64,000 nt of DNA from Sphingobacteriales bacterium (lineage in GTDB: Bacteria; Bacteroidota; Bacteroidia; UKL13-3). The translations under genes and the position numbers were made by a program. The stretch is taken from assembly GCA_021298155.1 (NCBI GenBank), contig JAJTEN010000005.1, forward strand, positions 9,899 to 73,898, read 5' to 3'. How positions within the stretch are numbered: position 1 is the first letter of the stretch; every line of letters starts with the position of its first letter. Below, one piece after another: positions 28,639-38,435 of this stretch. The notes below the pieces were generated by a model. The model searched no databases, was not told where the DNA came from, and saw only the letters and a program-made list of their open reading frames with translations.

Positions 28639-29790
28639 TAGTTGCGTTAAGTTTGCATTCTGTTGCACAAAACTGGCTTGATATTGCTCAAGAGCTGGGT
28701 TTCCCTTTTCTTGCAGATTAATACAATAACGGAGTCCAGCACCAGCACCTATCGACTTTACCAAACCTAAATCGAGTAATAATTGAAAGTCGCGTTGGAT
28801 TGTTTTTCTATTGCAATCAAACTCATTTACTAATTCCTTGGTAGAAATAAACCCACGGTGTTGTACAATGTACATAATGAGCTTTTGTCTTTTATTTAAA
28901 ACGCTATCATCTATTTCTTTCAATTTATAGCCGCGTTCAAAAACATAATTCATGATGTTTTTTTGACGTGGATTTAGCTTTTCAAAATCAACTTGTTTTC
29001 TGAAATAGCTTTTAAATAATTCTTTTAGTCTACCTAATTGTGCTTGTTGTAGCTGTAAACCAAAACCAATTTGCTCATTTAAGCTATTTTCATCGCCTTG
29101 AATGGCATTAATTACGATTTGGTCGTAGGCTTGTTTATTAATATAAATTTCGTGCGGCAAACACAATAATCCAAACATATCCATTTGGTGTTTTTTGAGC
29201 CAAAAGTTTTGCAATAAAATGGCAAATTTTGATTTAGCTTCACTAAACAATGGCAGCGACATTATTCTAAAATGTAAAATCCAGCTTTGTACAATCGGAT
29301 GAAATTCTTGATCGTTATTTAAAAAATCGAAGACATTCTCTAATTCAATCTCTGCTTCTAACCCTAATTTCTCCCGTAATTTTATTGTATTGGCTGAGAA
29401 TAAATTTACTTCATTTTTATTTTGGTGTAAATCATCAATCAAAATTCTTTGTAACTGGTATAAAAAAGAAATACTTAAATTCTCGTGTAGTTGCTCATCA
29501 ATAAAGGTTTCGGCTTTTTGGAATTGTTCTACAGCGCGTTCAGCCATATTGGAAGCGCGTAGGTTTTTATTAACTAAGTATTTTACAGTTTTAACATCAA
29601 GTAGATTTTGGTCTAGGGCATTGGCATAGTAGTTTCTTAAAATTTTACTATTCATTTTCTCAATGCTACGAATAGAATCAGGCAAGTCAATGAATTCAAA
29701 TATCTTGGCAAGTTCTATTTGTTCATTTACACACTGCAAGAATGCATCATCTACAGATAAAATCGGTTCGTATTTATTGATTAGTATCAT
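28621..29790 (-). CDS. Fic-fold protein with degenerate active site and C-terminal winged-helix HTH
   Basis: 389 aa. EFHPIVQSWILHFRIMSLPLFSEAKSKFAILLQNFWL aligns to the Fic core hP....H..f..IHPFxDGNGRxxRll, but the HPFxDGNGR is replaced by LPLFSEAKS. The C-terminus LNKRQKLIMYIVQHRGFISTKELVNEFDCNRKTIQRDFQLLLDLGLV is a DeoR-like HTH. Confidence 0.6.
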   Translation of the reverse strand: MILINKYEPILSVDDAFLQCVNEQIELAKIFEFIDLPDSIRSIEKMNSKILRNYYANALDQNLLDVKTVKYLVNKNLRASNMAERAVEQFQKAETFIDEQLHENLSISFLYQLQRILIDDLHQNKNEVNLFSANTIKLREKLGLEAEIELENVFDFLNNDQEFHPIVQSWILHFRIMSLPLFSEAKSKFAILLQNFWLKKHQMDMFGLLCLPHEIYINKQAYDQIVINAIQGDENSLNEQIGFGLQLQQAQLGRLKELFKSYFRKQVDFEKLNPRQKNIMNYVFERGYKLKEIDDSVLNKRQKLIMYIVQHRGFISTKELVNEFDCNRKTIQRDFQLLLDLGLVKSIGAGAGLRYCINLQEKGNPALEQYQASFVQQNANLTQLNEDEL

Positions 29791-29808
29791 TAAGTACGAA
29801 TCTAAGTT

Positions 29809-29842
29809 GAAAAAGGCAGGCCTGTTAAGCCTGCCTTTTATT
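29809..29842 (-). terminator. Rho-independent terminator downstream of the glycosyltransferase operon
   Basis: aaaaggcaggc-ctgttaa-gcctgcctttt. On the minus strand it is followed by a T5 tract. It lies ~135 nt after the stop at 29979. Confidence 0.6.
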
Positions 29843-29978
29843 TAAAATGGTGGATTACCTATTTCAGTAAGCTATTGATTTATATTTATGGCCTTTAACC
29901 TTAGATAATTGGGCATTTTCGCTTTTTAATAAAAGTAGACAAAGTTTAAAAACCTTGTTAATAAATGATTAACTAAGC

Positions 29979-32903
29979 TTAGTTTCCGCCAAGTGCTCTG
30001 TACTTATCCATGCATTGTTTAGCATATTCAGGTTGGTTCAATTTGCTAAATACTTCTGCTAATTCTCCCCATGCTTCTCTCATATTTTGATTCATACCCA
30101 AGGCAATTTGATAGTTGTCTGAAGCTTTTTGCAGGTTACCAGTTAGGTTGTATGCTTTGGCCAAATAATAGTATACCTCTGGAATACTTGCATTATGTTT
30201 TTTAGCCATTTCTAACTGTTTAATGGCATTGCCATAGTCGTTTAAGTTTAGATAAGCCAATGCACTGTAATACCAACTCTCTGTTACATTTTCCTTGTAT
30301 TTTGTGCTTTTGCCAAATGCTTCTGTGGCTTTGGCAAATTCTTTTTGGTTAAAATATACCAAACCTAAATTGCTGTAGGCAGTGAAATTTTCAGGATAGA
30401 TCTCTATTGCCTTCTTTAAGGTAATTTCTGCGCTATCCATCTTGGCCAAATTGAGCAATGAAAATCCTAACATGCGCCATGCTTCCTCATCTTTTGGGGC
30501 GTATTTCACGGCTTCTCTAAAATAAAATACAGATGAATCAAACTGGGATTTGTCTAAAGAGTTATAGCCCAATGGCATATAGTAATTTTCTCGTTTTATT
30601 ACCGCTGCTAATGGAATTCCATCTGCAGTTACCGTATACACTGTGCCTTTAGGTGGGAAAGAGCCATTCTGCAATTCATTTTTAGAATAGGTTCGTGTTG
30701 TTAAGATTAAATAATCCCATTTTTGTTTTTGTTCCTCAGTTTCTCTCGTCCAAACAAATTGCAAACGTGGGTTAATTTGATGTGCCCAATAAGCTGCGGT
30801 AGTTGTTTCATTGTTAATACCTACAAGCAAAGTATCGTTAGGGTGTTGTTTGGCAATCCACTCTGCTGCCTCCCGGCAAGAATTACTATAATAATCAGTT
30901 TCATAATTGCCATAGGCCCCTGCTAATCCACCTACTAATTCATTAAAATAAACATATTGATTTGGGTGATTTTGTACAATCCAAATAGCGGGTTTCACAA
31001 AAAGTACTGATAAAAATAGCGCTATACCTAAAGCAATTATTTTTTTCTGACCCAATAAATAATCAAAAGTAAGTGCCGCTAATACTACCGCAAATGGTAA
31101 AATAAATAAGTAATGTCTCCAGCCATTATAGTAATTAATATTGCTGTATTCTGCATATAATATTGGGAAGAATAACATAAATGTGAGCATTGCCCAATTG
31201 CCCAATCCTATTTTTTTACTTAAACCTAAAACCAAAACAATAGAGGCAATTACACCTATAATCAAATATAACGGATTGCCAATACCTAAAAACTTAAATA
31301 CATAATACCAAGGGGCATCGGTAATCATATACATGCGTTGTCCCTCAAAAAGTTCAACATTATTGGTGTAAAATGCATTTTCTGCAGCTTTAATATAGGC
31401 CTGAAAAGGGTGTTTTAATGGATTATTTAATGCATATGGCCATAAACTTATGCCAAGTAAATAACCCATTGTGGCTACCATTAAAAATATTTTTAAAAAT
31501 GGGAAGAACATATCGCCAAATTTTGCCTCTTTTCTGCGCAATTTATCAAGTGCATATACTGCCAAGAATAATCCAAAATAAGCGACCAATAAAAATGCAC
31601 CAACGCGCGAGGCTATGCCTATTCCAATACCAAATGCTAACCAAAATAAATCTCTAAACTTGGGTTTAGGTAAGCTGCGCATTACTTTTACTATAAAATA
31701 GCCAGCAAATGCAAAGCCTGTTGCAAATGGAATATCTGTTGGATTATTCATGCTATGTCCCAACCAACCTGGGTTGAATTGCATAAATAGTATTCCTAGC
31801 AAGGCAGCTCGCCAGCCTGCCAACTCAAAAGCCAATAGTGCTGTAAAAATTAAACCTATTAAGCCGTAAATTGAGTTAATAAAATGCCTTGTTTCATAAA
31901 TACCAGTACCAAACCAATTGTAGGTAATGGCAGCTATGGTATTCATTTGCTCGCCATAAAACCGATATGCCTGTCTAATATAATCTGCGCTGCTTGTACT
32001 TTCTGCCAAGGCGGCTGTGTCTGATCCAAAACTTGATAGGTAATTATAGGCCAGTTGTGAGTATTCGTTATGTGCTTTCTCATCCCAAGTGCTACCGTAG
32101 TCTTGACTCAATATGGGCATTGCGAAAAAGCTAACTAAAAACACCGCAAAAAAGGCAAATCTATACATTGGATGATTGCCATCTTGCCAATTATTTTCTT
32201 TGTTTTTAAAGTGCCACCAAGCATCTTTAATAAAGAAGTGAAAGCGCAGACTAAAAATATTTTTTAGTACACTTACTATGCTTAATTTTTTTATTTCTTC
32301 AGCTGCTACAGCAAACTCTGAGGTTTTTAATTTGTAACCTCTAGCCAAATTTAAACTTTGATGATAGGTATCGGCAGTAACTAATTCATGATTTAACCAT
32401 GCGGAAATGTCGTTGGTTTTCCCCAGTAAAATTTGCGCATTATTGTCGCTATACTGCACCGGAGTAAATACCCTCATTAAGCTATTGCTTATTCTGTTCA
32501 AGAAAGGTGAGTTTGATTTTCCTTTCTGCATAGCGCTTGCTACATATAAGGTTTCTTTATGTATATTTTTTTTATACGTCTGAACCAACTGAACCAAACT
32601 CCCAAAGTTTTTAGGTGTTTCGTAAAGTACCAAAGTAATTCCACCCGAAGCCAGACTGGCCATTGATGCAAAGTTCTGATTTAGTGTTTGTGTGGGTTCA
32701 AATACTTGTATTTTTACTTTTTGTTTCTGTTCAAACTCTTCAATACCTTTATTTGTGAAAGCTGCTGATACCAAGAAAAGTAGCTCAATGTCTAATTTGG
32801 TTTTAGAAACGAAATGTTGAATATTTGCCCAATAGGCAGCATCTACCCCACGCGCATCTGCTAAAATAGATATTTTATTTTCTGAGAGTAATGGTTTTTC
32901 CAT
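29979..32903 (-). CDS. Three-part membrane glycosyltransferase: N-terminal GT2-like domain, GT-C (PMT/ArnT-like) polytopic core, C-terminal TPR array
   Basis: 974 aa. Residues 1-240 are soluble with a GT-A-like pattern (ISILADARG..., ...GGITLVLYETP..., FLNRISNSLMRVF...YSDNNAQ). The first TM is followed by a loop with STWDEKAHNEY (the D-E motif of PMT/ArnT-type GT-C). There are 12 or more TM. The last ~200 aa are 5-6 TPRs. Confidence 0.8.
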   Translation of the reverse strand: MEKPLLSENKISILADARGVDAAYWANIQHFVSKTKLDIELLFLVSAAFTNKGIEEFEQKQKVKIQVFEPTQTLNQNFASMASLASGGITLVLYETPKNFGSLVQLVQTYKKNIHKETLYVASAMQKGKSNSPFLNRISNSLMRVFTPVQYSDNNAQILLGKTNDISAWLNHELVTADTYHQSLNLARGYKLKTSEFAVAAEEIKKLSIVSVLKNIFSLRFHFFIKDAWWHFKNKENNWQDGNHPMYRFAFFAVFLVSFFAMPILSQDYGSTWDEKAHNEYSQLAYNYLSSFGSDTAALAESTSSADYIRQAYRFYGEQMNTIAAITYNWFGTGIYETRHFINSIYGLIGLIFTALLAFELAGWRAALLGILFMQFNPGWLGHSMNNPTDIPFATGFAFAGYFIVKVMRSLPKPKFRDLFWLAFGIGIGIASRVGAFLLVAYFGLFLAVYALDKLRRKEAKFGDMFFPFLKIFLMVATMGYLLGISLWPYALNNPLKHPFQAYIKAAENAFYTNNVELFEGQRMYMITDAPWYYVFKFLGIGNPLYLIIGVIASIVLVLGLSKKIGLGNWAMLTFMLFFPILYAEYSNINYYNGWRHYLFILPFAVVLAALTFDYLLGQKKIIALGIALFLSVLFVKPAIWIVQNHPNQYVYFNELVGGLAGAYGNYETDYYSNSCREAAEWIAKQHPNDTLLVGINNETTTAAYWAHQINPRLQFVWTRETEEQKQKWDYLILTTRTYSKNELQNGSFPPKGTVYTVTADGIPLAAVIKRENYYMPLGYNSLDKSQFDSSVFYFREAVKYAPKDEEAWRMLGFSLLNLAKMDSAEITLKKAIEIYPENFTAYSNLGLVYFNQKEFAKATEAFGKSTKYKENVTESWYYSALAYLNLNDYGNAIKQLEMAKKHNASIPEVYYYLAKAYNLTGNLQKASDNYQIALGMNQNMREAWGELAEVFSKLNQPEYAKQCMDKYRALGGN

Positions 32904-32929
32904 AAGGTATAAAAATTCTAGTGGTGGTT

Positions 32930-33478
32930 TTATAGTTTTTCGAAAACAAACAGATTGTTTAGTCCCAATTGAAACCTTTCTTTATGCAATAGTTTAAAAT
33001 AGGGTGCTTTAAAAATAACTTCGGTATCTTCTGGTTTATACCCATAATGTTCCTCTAAACTCATTCCTTCAATAAGTTTAAGCTTCAGCAATACCTCCAA
33101 AATTTGGTCTACTTGTGGCGATGGAACGGTTATAATTAATCGTCCTTTTGGAAGCAGGTAGTTGTAGCAATCTATTGCAAGTTGAGTTTGTTGCGCAGTA
33201 GGAATATGCTCCAAAACAGCCAATAGGGTAATGGCATTGAATAATTCTCCTTTCGGACAAGCATCAGGGAAATAGCCGGGGTATAGTTCATAAAATTCAG
33301 TGCTAATTTTTGCCTCAAGTGTAGGGTCAACACCAATGCCTTTTGAAATATACCCGCGCCATTGTTCAAACATTACCCCATCCACACTCCCAATATCCAA
33401 CACACTATCATTTTTTCTTACAAAGCGTTTTGCTTGCTTAATTCTAACGTTTTGTAAATACCTGTCTAGCAATTTCAT
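32930..33478 (-). CDS. Class I SAM-dependent methyltransferase (small)
   Basis: 182 aa. SVLDIGSVDGVMF (motif I, partly degenerate), GIGVD, ITLLAVLEHI, LLPKGRLIITVP. Confidence 0.72.
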   Translation of the reverse strand: MKLLDRYLQNVRIKQAKRFVRKNDSVLDIGSVDGVMFEQWRGYISKGIGVDPTLEAKISTEFYELYPGYFPDACPKGELFNAITLLAVLEHIPTAQQTQLAIDCYNYLLPKGRLIITVPSPQVDQILEVLLKLKLIEGMSLEEHYGYKPEDTEVIFKAPYFKLLHKERFQLGLNNLFVFEKL

Positions 33479-33488
33479 ACAATTCGAA

Positions 33489-34655
33489 TTATTTTTTATT
33501 TACCTGTAATACACTCAAGAAAAAGCTAGAGAGTATGGTTTGTAAACCAACAATTATGGCAATTACACTAGGAATAACTTTCCTTAATATCTCAGAGTAC
33601 TCTAATGGTCCGAAGTTTTTTGCCTCCCACAATGACAAAGAATATAAGGTGCCACCAACTCCTGCAAACAATATGAGTAAACCTATTACTAAACCAAGTT
33701 CCATGGAAATTATATCGGATACTTTAGCCAATGAATTGTTTTGTGGTAGGAATCCCGCTTGAACTGCGTATGTTCTCGTAAAAATTCCAAAGCTTACTGC
33801 TTGGTATCCAACAATAATAAAAGCTCCAGCATACAGCAGGGTATTGGTGTCAAAAACCACGTGAGGGAGCATTTCTATTGGGCCACGCACAATAAAAATA
33901 CTCATAACTAAACCTAACAACATTAAGAAAATGCCGGGGTATAAGAAAAGCCATCTCGGACTATAAATCAATAAGAACCTTAAGTGTCTCCAGCCATCCC
34001 GCCAAGTGCGTAAATGTGGTGGTCTGCTTCTACCATCTTTGCTTAAAGTAGTTGGCACTTCAGCTATATTTAATTTAAAAATAGTAGCTTTTACCACCAT
34101 TTCACTGGCAAACTCCATTCCAGTAGTTTTCAAATCTAGCAAGCTTACAATGTCTTGTCTAAACCCGCGTAAACCGCAGTGAAAATCGCTAACAGGACAA
34201 TTAAAAAATAATCTTCCAATAAAAGATAAAACGGGATTGCCAAGGTATCTGTGCAAAAAGGGCATAGCTCCTGGTGCAATTCCACCCTTAAATCGGTTTC
34301 CCATTACTAAATCTTTACCAGTTCTAAGTTCGGTTAAAAAAGGAGTTAGGTTCGAAAAATCGTAGCTATCATCACTATCGCCCATTACCACATATTTGCC
34401 TCTAGCCGATTCAATGGCTCCCATGAGCGCGCTACCATAACCTTTTCTTGGAATGTCTATTACCCTTGCCCCTAGGTCGATAGCCATTTTTTGTGAACCA
34501 TCTGTGCTGCCATTGTCGCCAATAACAACTTCTCCATTTACCTGGTTGGCATGCATCCAAGCAAAAGCTTTTCGAATGCATACTTCAATCGTTTCTGCCT
34601 CATTTAAACAAGGCATTACAACGCTTAATTCAATATTATTATTTGGTTGATTCAT
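33489..34655 (-). CDS. Membrane-anchored family-2 glycosyltransferase (polyprenyl-phosphate sugar synthase type)
   Basis: 388 aa. LSVVMPCLNEAETI, VVIGDNGSTDGS, VVMGDSDDSYDF (DxD), then four C-terminal TM helices. This is the architecture of GtrB/ArnC/DPM1-like enzymes. Confidence 0.88.
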   Translation of the reverse strand: MNQPNNNIELSVVMPCLNEAETIEVCIRKAFAWMHANQVNGEVVIGDNGSTDGSQKMAIDLGARVIDIPRKGYGSALMGAIESARGKYVVMGDSDDSYDFSNLTPFLTELRTGKDLVMGNRFKGGIAPGAMPFLHRYLGNPVLSFIGRLFFNCPVSDFHCGLRGFRQDIVSLLDLKTTGMEFASEMVVKATIFKLNIAEVPTTLSKDGRSRPPHLRTWRDGWRHLRFLLIYSPRWLFLYPGIFLMLLGLVMSIFIVRGPIEMLPHVVFDTNTLLYAGAFIIVGYQAVSFGIFTRTYAVQAGFLPQNNSLAKVSDIISMELGLVIGLLILFAGVGGTLYSLSLWEAKNFGPLEYSEILRKVIPSVIAIIVGLQTILSSFFLSVLQVNKK

Positions 34656-34714
34656 ATAACCTGAATTGCGAAAATAAATATTTATGCCACTTCACCCAAT
34701 TTGCAGGCATATTT

Positions 34715-35899
34715 TTATGTTTTTGATTCTTTGATTTTTAGCTTTACATCCTCAACGGCATCAATAATAGCGGCCTTAAGTTCGTCTGTGTTAATTTTTT
34801 TAGCAGCAGAAATAAAAATTGCGGGATAATTTTCTTTGGCCATCCATGATTTTTTTAACTGTAAAATATACTCTTGCTTATTCTCTATGGTTTCATCACC
34901 TAAAACAAAGGGTTCTTTTAATTGATCTATTTTGTTAAAAACCAGAATAACTTCTTTATTCAGAGCGCCTATTTCTTTTAGGGTTTCATTCACTACATGG
35001 ATGTGGTTTTCGAAGCTGGGGTGACTAATATCTACCACATGTAATAAAATGTCTGCCTCCCTAATTTCATCGAGGGTCGACTTAAAACATTCTACTAATT
35101 GATGCGGTAATTTACGAATAAAACCAACGGTATCGCTTAAAAGAAACGAAGCTTCTGGCCAGCTTACTTTGCGCACTGTACTATCTAATGTTGCAAATAA
35201 TTTATCTTCAGCAAATACCTCACTTTTTGCGAGAACATTCATGAGGGTAGATTTGCCCACATTTGTATAGCCAACCAAAGAAACGCGTGTTTTTAAATCT
35301 CTATTTCTGCGCTGTGTTGCGGCCTGCTTATCTATAACGTCTAATCTTTCTTTGAGTTTTGTGATGGTATTACGTAAAATTCGCCGGTCTGTTTCAATTT
35401 CAGATTCTCCGGGTCCTTTCATACCAATGCCTCCTTTGTGTTTGCTTAAATGTGTCCACATGCGGGTAAGACGGGGCAATAAATATTGTGTTTGTGCTAA
35501 TTCTACCTGAAATTTTGCTTGTGCACTTTGCGCACGTGATGCGAAAATATCTAAGATTAAATTACTTCTGTCGAGGATTTTGCATTTGAGTGTATGTTCT
35601 AAATTGCGAATTTGAGATGGACTTAATTCATCGTCGAATAGTACGATATCTATTTCGTTACTGGTAACATAATCAGCAATTTCTTGAAGTTTTCCCTCGC
35701 CAATAAAGGTTCTTGGGTTAGGGTAACTTAGTTTTTGAAGGAATCTTTTTTTTACCAATGCTCCTGCCGTATGTGCTAAAAATGCCAATTCATCCAAGTA
35801 TTCTTCAGCTTGTTCTAATCTTTGGTGTTGGGTAACTACACCAACTATCACAGCCTCTTCTTGCTTTTTTGCGGTACTAAATGATTTTGTTCGAGCCAT
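34715..35899 (-). CDS. hflX: GTPase HflX
   Basis: 394 aa. HflX N-domain, then GYTNVGKSTLMN (G1), DTVGFI (G3), NKID (G4). Confidence 0.95.
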   Translation of the reverse strand: MARTKSFSTAKKQEEAVIVGVVTQHQRLEQAEEYLDELAFLAHTAGALVKKRFLQKLSYPNPRTFIGEGKLQEIADYVTSNEIDIVLFDDELSPSQIRNLEHTLKCKILDRSNLILDIFASRAQSAQAKFQVELAQTQYLLPRLTRMWTHLSKHKGGIGMKGPGESEIETDRRILRNTITKLKERLDVIDKQAATQRRNRDLKTRVSLVGYTNVGKSTLMNVLAKSEVFAEDKLFATLDSTVRKVSWPEASFLLSDTVGFIRKLPHQLVECFKSTLDEIREADILLHVVDISHPSFENHIHVVNETLKEIGALNKEVILVFNKIDQLKEPFVLGDETIENKQEYILQLKKSWMAKENYPAIFISAAKKINTDELKAAIIDAVEDVKLKIKESKT

Positions 35900-35968
35900 G
35901 TCTTAATTTTGTATCCGAAAATACGCCAGAATGGGTATCTTCGTTTTTTTCAAATATTTTACAAATAA

Positions 35969-37438
35969 ATGGCATTTAAACGGCTTTTCTTTTTATTCCT
36001 TTCCTCTATGAATATATTTTGTTTTGGGCAAAATGTAGAATGGGGAAATCCACAAAAAATAAAGCAGAAAAACCTATACTCTCAAATTATTGGAGAGGCA
36101 ACGCATGGCATTTATGTTTTACGCTGTAAAAATCAAGATTTTTCTCGTGAAGTTTACATAGAAAAATACAAAACAAATTTAAGCTTAGAAAACAGTGTGC
36201 CTATGCCCATTAGTATTAATGGGAATATAGAAAGGGTTTTGTTGATTAATAATGAATTGTTTGCTTTTGTTAGTGCCAAAAACACCATTACCAATAACAT
36301 AGATATTCTGGTTCAAAAAATAGAATCAACGCTAAAGCCTACAGGTATACCTTTTGTAGTTGCAAGCCTTCCCAGTAATCAATTCATTGATAAAAGAAAA
36401 ATTCAAATAAAAACTTCGGCTGATAAAAAAACAGTACTTATTTTGTTTTTGAGTAGGGGAGAAAACGCAGGAGAATCTAAATTAAATCTGTATGCCTATG
36501 ATGATGGTCTCCAACAAATTTTCGGCAAGCAGTTTACATTAAATGATAGTCCAGACGATATATTCATTACAAATTTTGAATCTGATAACTTTGGAAATGC
36601 ATTTGTATTATTAGATTTTCCAACTAAAAATGCCAAAACTAAGGTAGATAACAGAGATTTTTTTCTATATGCCTATTACCCGAGGGAAGATAAAATGCTT
36701 GCCTATCAATTGGCCAACGATCAAATATTTATAGAAGAATTAGCTTTAAGCGTCAATAACTTTAATCAAACAGTTTCTGTTGCAGGTTTTTATTCTAGCG
36801 AAAATGGCGCCTTGGTTAATGGTTATTTTTTTGAACGGTTTAGCATCAATAAAAAAACCACTGAAGAGAAGTATGCTGCATTGTTAGATCCTACACTTTT
36901 ATCTCAAATTTTGGGCGGAAAGATGGATAAAAGATCACCAGAACTTAAAAATTATTACATCAGAAAATTGATTGCTAGAAGTGATGGAGGAATTTTAGTA
37001 GTTGCAGAAAAATATACTAGAACTGAACAACGCTACAGTTATTATATGAATAATATGCCACAAGAAGGCATAAGGATTGCCTACAATTATGACGACGTTG
37101 CCATTATTTCAATCAACAAAGATGGGAGTATTCAATTCGGAGATTTAATTAGAAAGCGACAAAGCTCAGTTGGGGATGGAGGTTTTGTTTCTGGCATAGC
37201 TTGTTTTCCAACCCAAGATCAGCTGTATGTTTTGTATAATTCAGAATTAGATAAAGATGGAAATATTATGCTACATCAGGTTAATTATTTAGGTAAGGCT
37301 GATGAACGTATTGTAGTAAAATCTAGTAGTTTTAGTGTGGCCTTAATTCCGGGGGATTGCAAACAAACAGGACCCAATTCTTTTATTGGTTCAACCATAA
37401 GAGATAAACAGTATACACTTATTCGTTTAACATTTTAA
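35969..37438 (+). CDS. Secreted hypothetical protein, all-beta repeat-like
   Basis: 489 aa. Signal peptide MAFKRLFFLFLSSMNIFCFGQN. No motif I can name. Confidence 0.6.
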   Translation: MAFKRLFFLFLSSMNIFCFGQNVEWGNPQKIKQKNLYSQIIGEATHGIYVLRCKNQDFSREVYIEKYKTNLSLENSVPMPISINGNIERVLLINNELFAFVSAKNTITNNIDILVQKIESTLKPTGIPFVVASLPSNQFIDKRKIQIKTSADKKTVLILFLSRGENAGESKLNLYAYDDGLQQIFGKQFTLNDSPDDIFITNFESDNFGNAFVLLDFPTKNAKTKVDNRDFFLYAYYPREDKMLAYQLANDQIFIEELALSVNNFNQTVSVAGFYSSENGALVNGYFFERFSINKKTTEEKYAALLDPTLLSQILGGKMDKRSPELKNYYIRKLIARSDGGILVVAEKYTRTEQRYSYYMNNMPQEGIRIAYNYDDVAIISINKDGSIQFGDLIRKRQSSVGDGGFVSGIACFPTQDQLYVLYNSELDKDGNIMLHQVNYLGKADERIVVKSSSFSVALIPGDCKQTGPNSFIGSTIRDKQYTLIRLTF

Positions 37439-37448
37439 TTGTACTATT

Positions 37449-38435
37449 TTGTTAGAAATATTTAGGTCAAATTCGCTTTTTTCTATAATCGGTTTATTCA
37501 TTTTTACGATTGTTATTAGGCTCAGCCTATTTTTTATACCAATGCCTGCAGAGCCGGTGTTGCATACGCCCTTTGCAGAGTTGTTGTTTAATTGGTTAAA
37601 ATCTCATCAATTATTTACTTTTCAGTTGCCTGTAATGGCTACTGTACTTTTGTTTTTGCAAGCATTGCTTATAAATTATATTACCGGCTCGCATGATATT
37701 TTATATAAGGGGAGCGTGATGCCTGGTTTATTTTTTGTGCTTTTAAATAGTATTTATCCAGAGCAACTGTTGTTATCCCCTCAATTGTTGGCTAACACAT
37801 TTATCATTTTATTGCTGCATCGATTATGTTATTTATATGAATCTGATCGCCCATTATTTTTGGTGTTTGATGCAGCAATATTGTTGGGAATAGGGCTATT
37901 ATTAGATTATGATCTAATAATCTATTTGTTTTTTATTTTATTGAGTGTTTTATTTATGACGGCCTTTAATCTGAGATATTGGTTGGCTGCCATTTTTGGA
38001 ATAATTATTCCTTCTTATTTCTTAGGTGTTTATTTTTTCTTGACCGATCAATTGGGTGATTTCCTGATATCATTTCAATATTCAATAAGTAAAAGTTACT
38101 TAAATCCCATTGGTATAACATGGATCGAAAGTTTAATTTGGTTTATCATAATACCAATATTTGTTTTTTCAACACTATCCTTACAGCTTAATTTCTTAAG
38201 GAACAAAGTAAAAACAAGGCGCATTCAAGTAATCATTTTATTGTTACAGGTGTTTGGCGTAATTTCTGTTTTAGCCCAAAACCAAATGTATGTGTTTGGT
38301 TTGGCCTTTTTGAGTGTTTCTTTATCTGTTATCATGGCGAATTATTTTATTCGGTCTAAGCGTAAACTTTTAAAAGATATTTTATTTCTACTTTTGCTTA
38401 TTTGTATGATGTATTACCATTTTATACGTGCTTAA
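37449..38435 (+). CDS. Polytopic membrane protein of unknown function
   Basis: 328 aa, about 9 hydrophobic helices. TTG start, 10 nt after the upstream stop. Confidence 0.6.
   Translation: MLEIFRSNSLFSIIGLFIFTIVIRLSLFFIPMPAEPVLHTPFAELLFNWLKSHQLFTFQLPVMATVLLFLQALLINYITGSHDILYKGSVMPGLFFVLLNSIYPEQLLLSPQLLANTFIILLLHRLCYLYESDRPLFLVFDAAILLGIGLLLDYDLIIYLFFILLSVLFMTAFNLRYWLAAIFGIIIPSYFLGVYFFLTDQLGDFLISFQYSISKSYLNPIGITWIESLIWFIIIPIFVFSTLSLQLNFLRNKVKTRRIQVIILLLQVFGVISVLAQNQMYVFGLAFLSVSLSVIMANYFIRSKRKLLKDILFLLLLICMMYYHFIRA

Noticed and set aside
29843-29978. A ~135-nt spacer between the stop of the 974-aa glycosyltransferase gene and its terminator hairpin. It was examined for an sRNA, a small ORF or SRP/6S-like structure.
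   Set aside because: It is AT-rich with no stable stems. The only ORF is 14 codons, and there are no conserved RNA motifs that I recognise.
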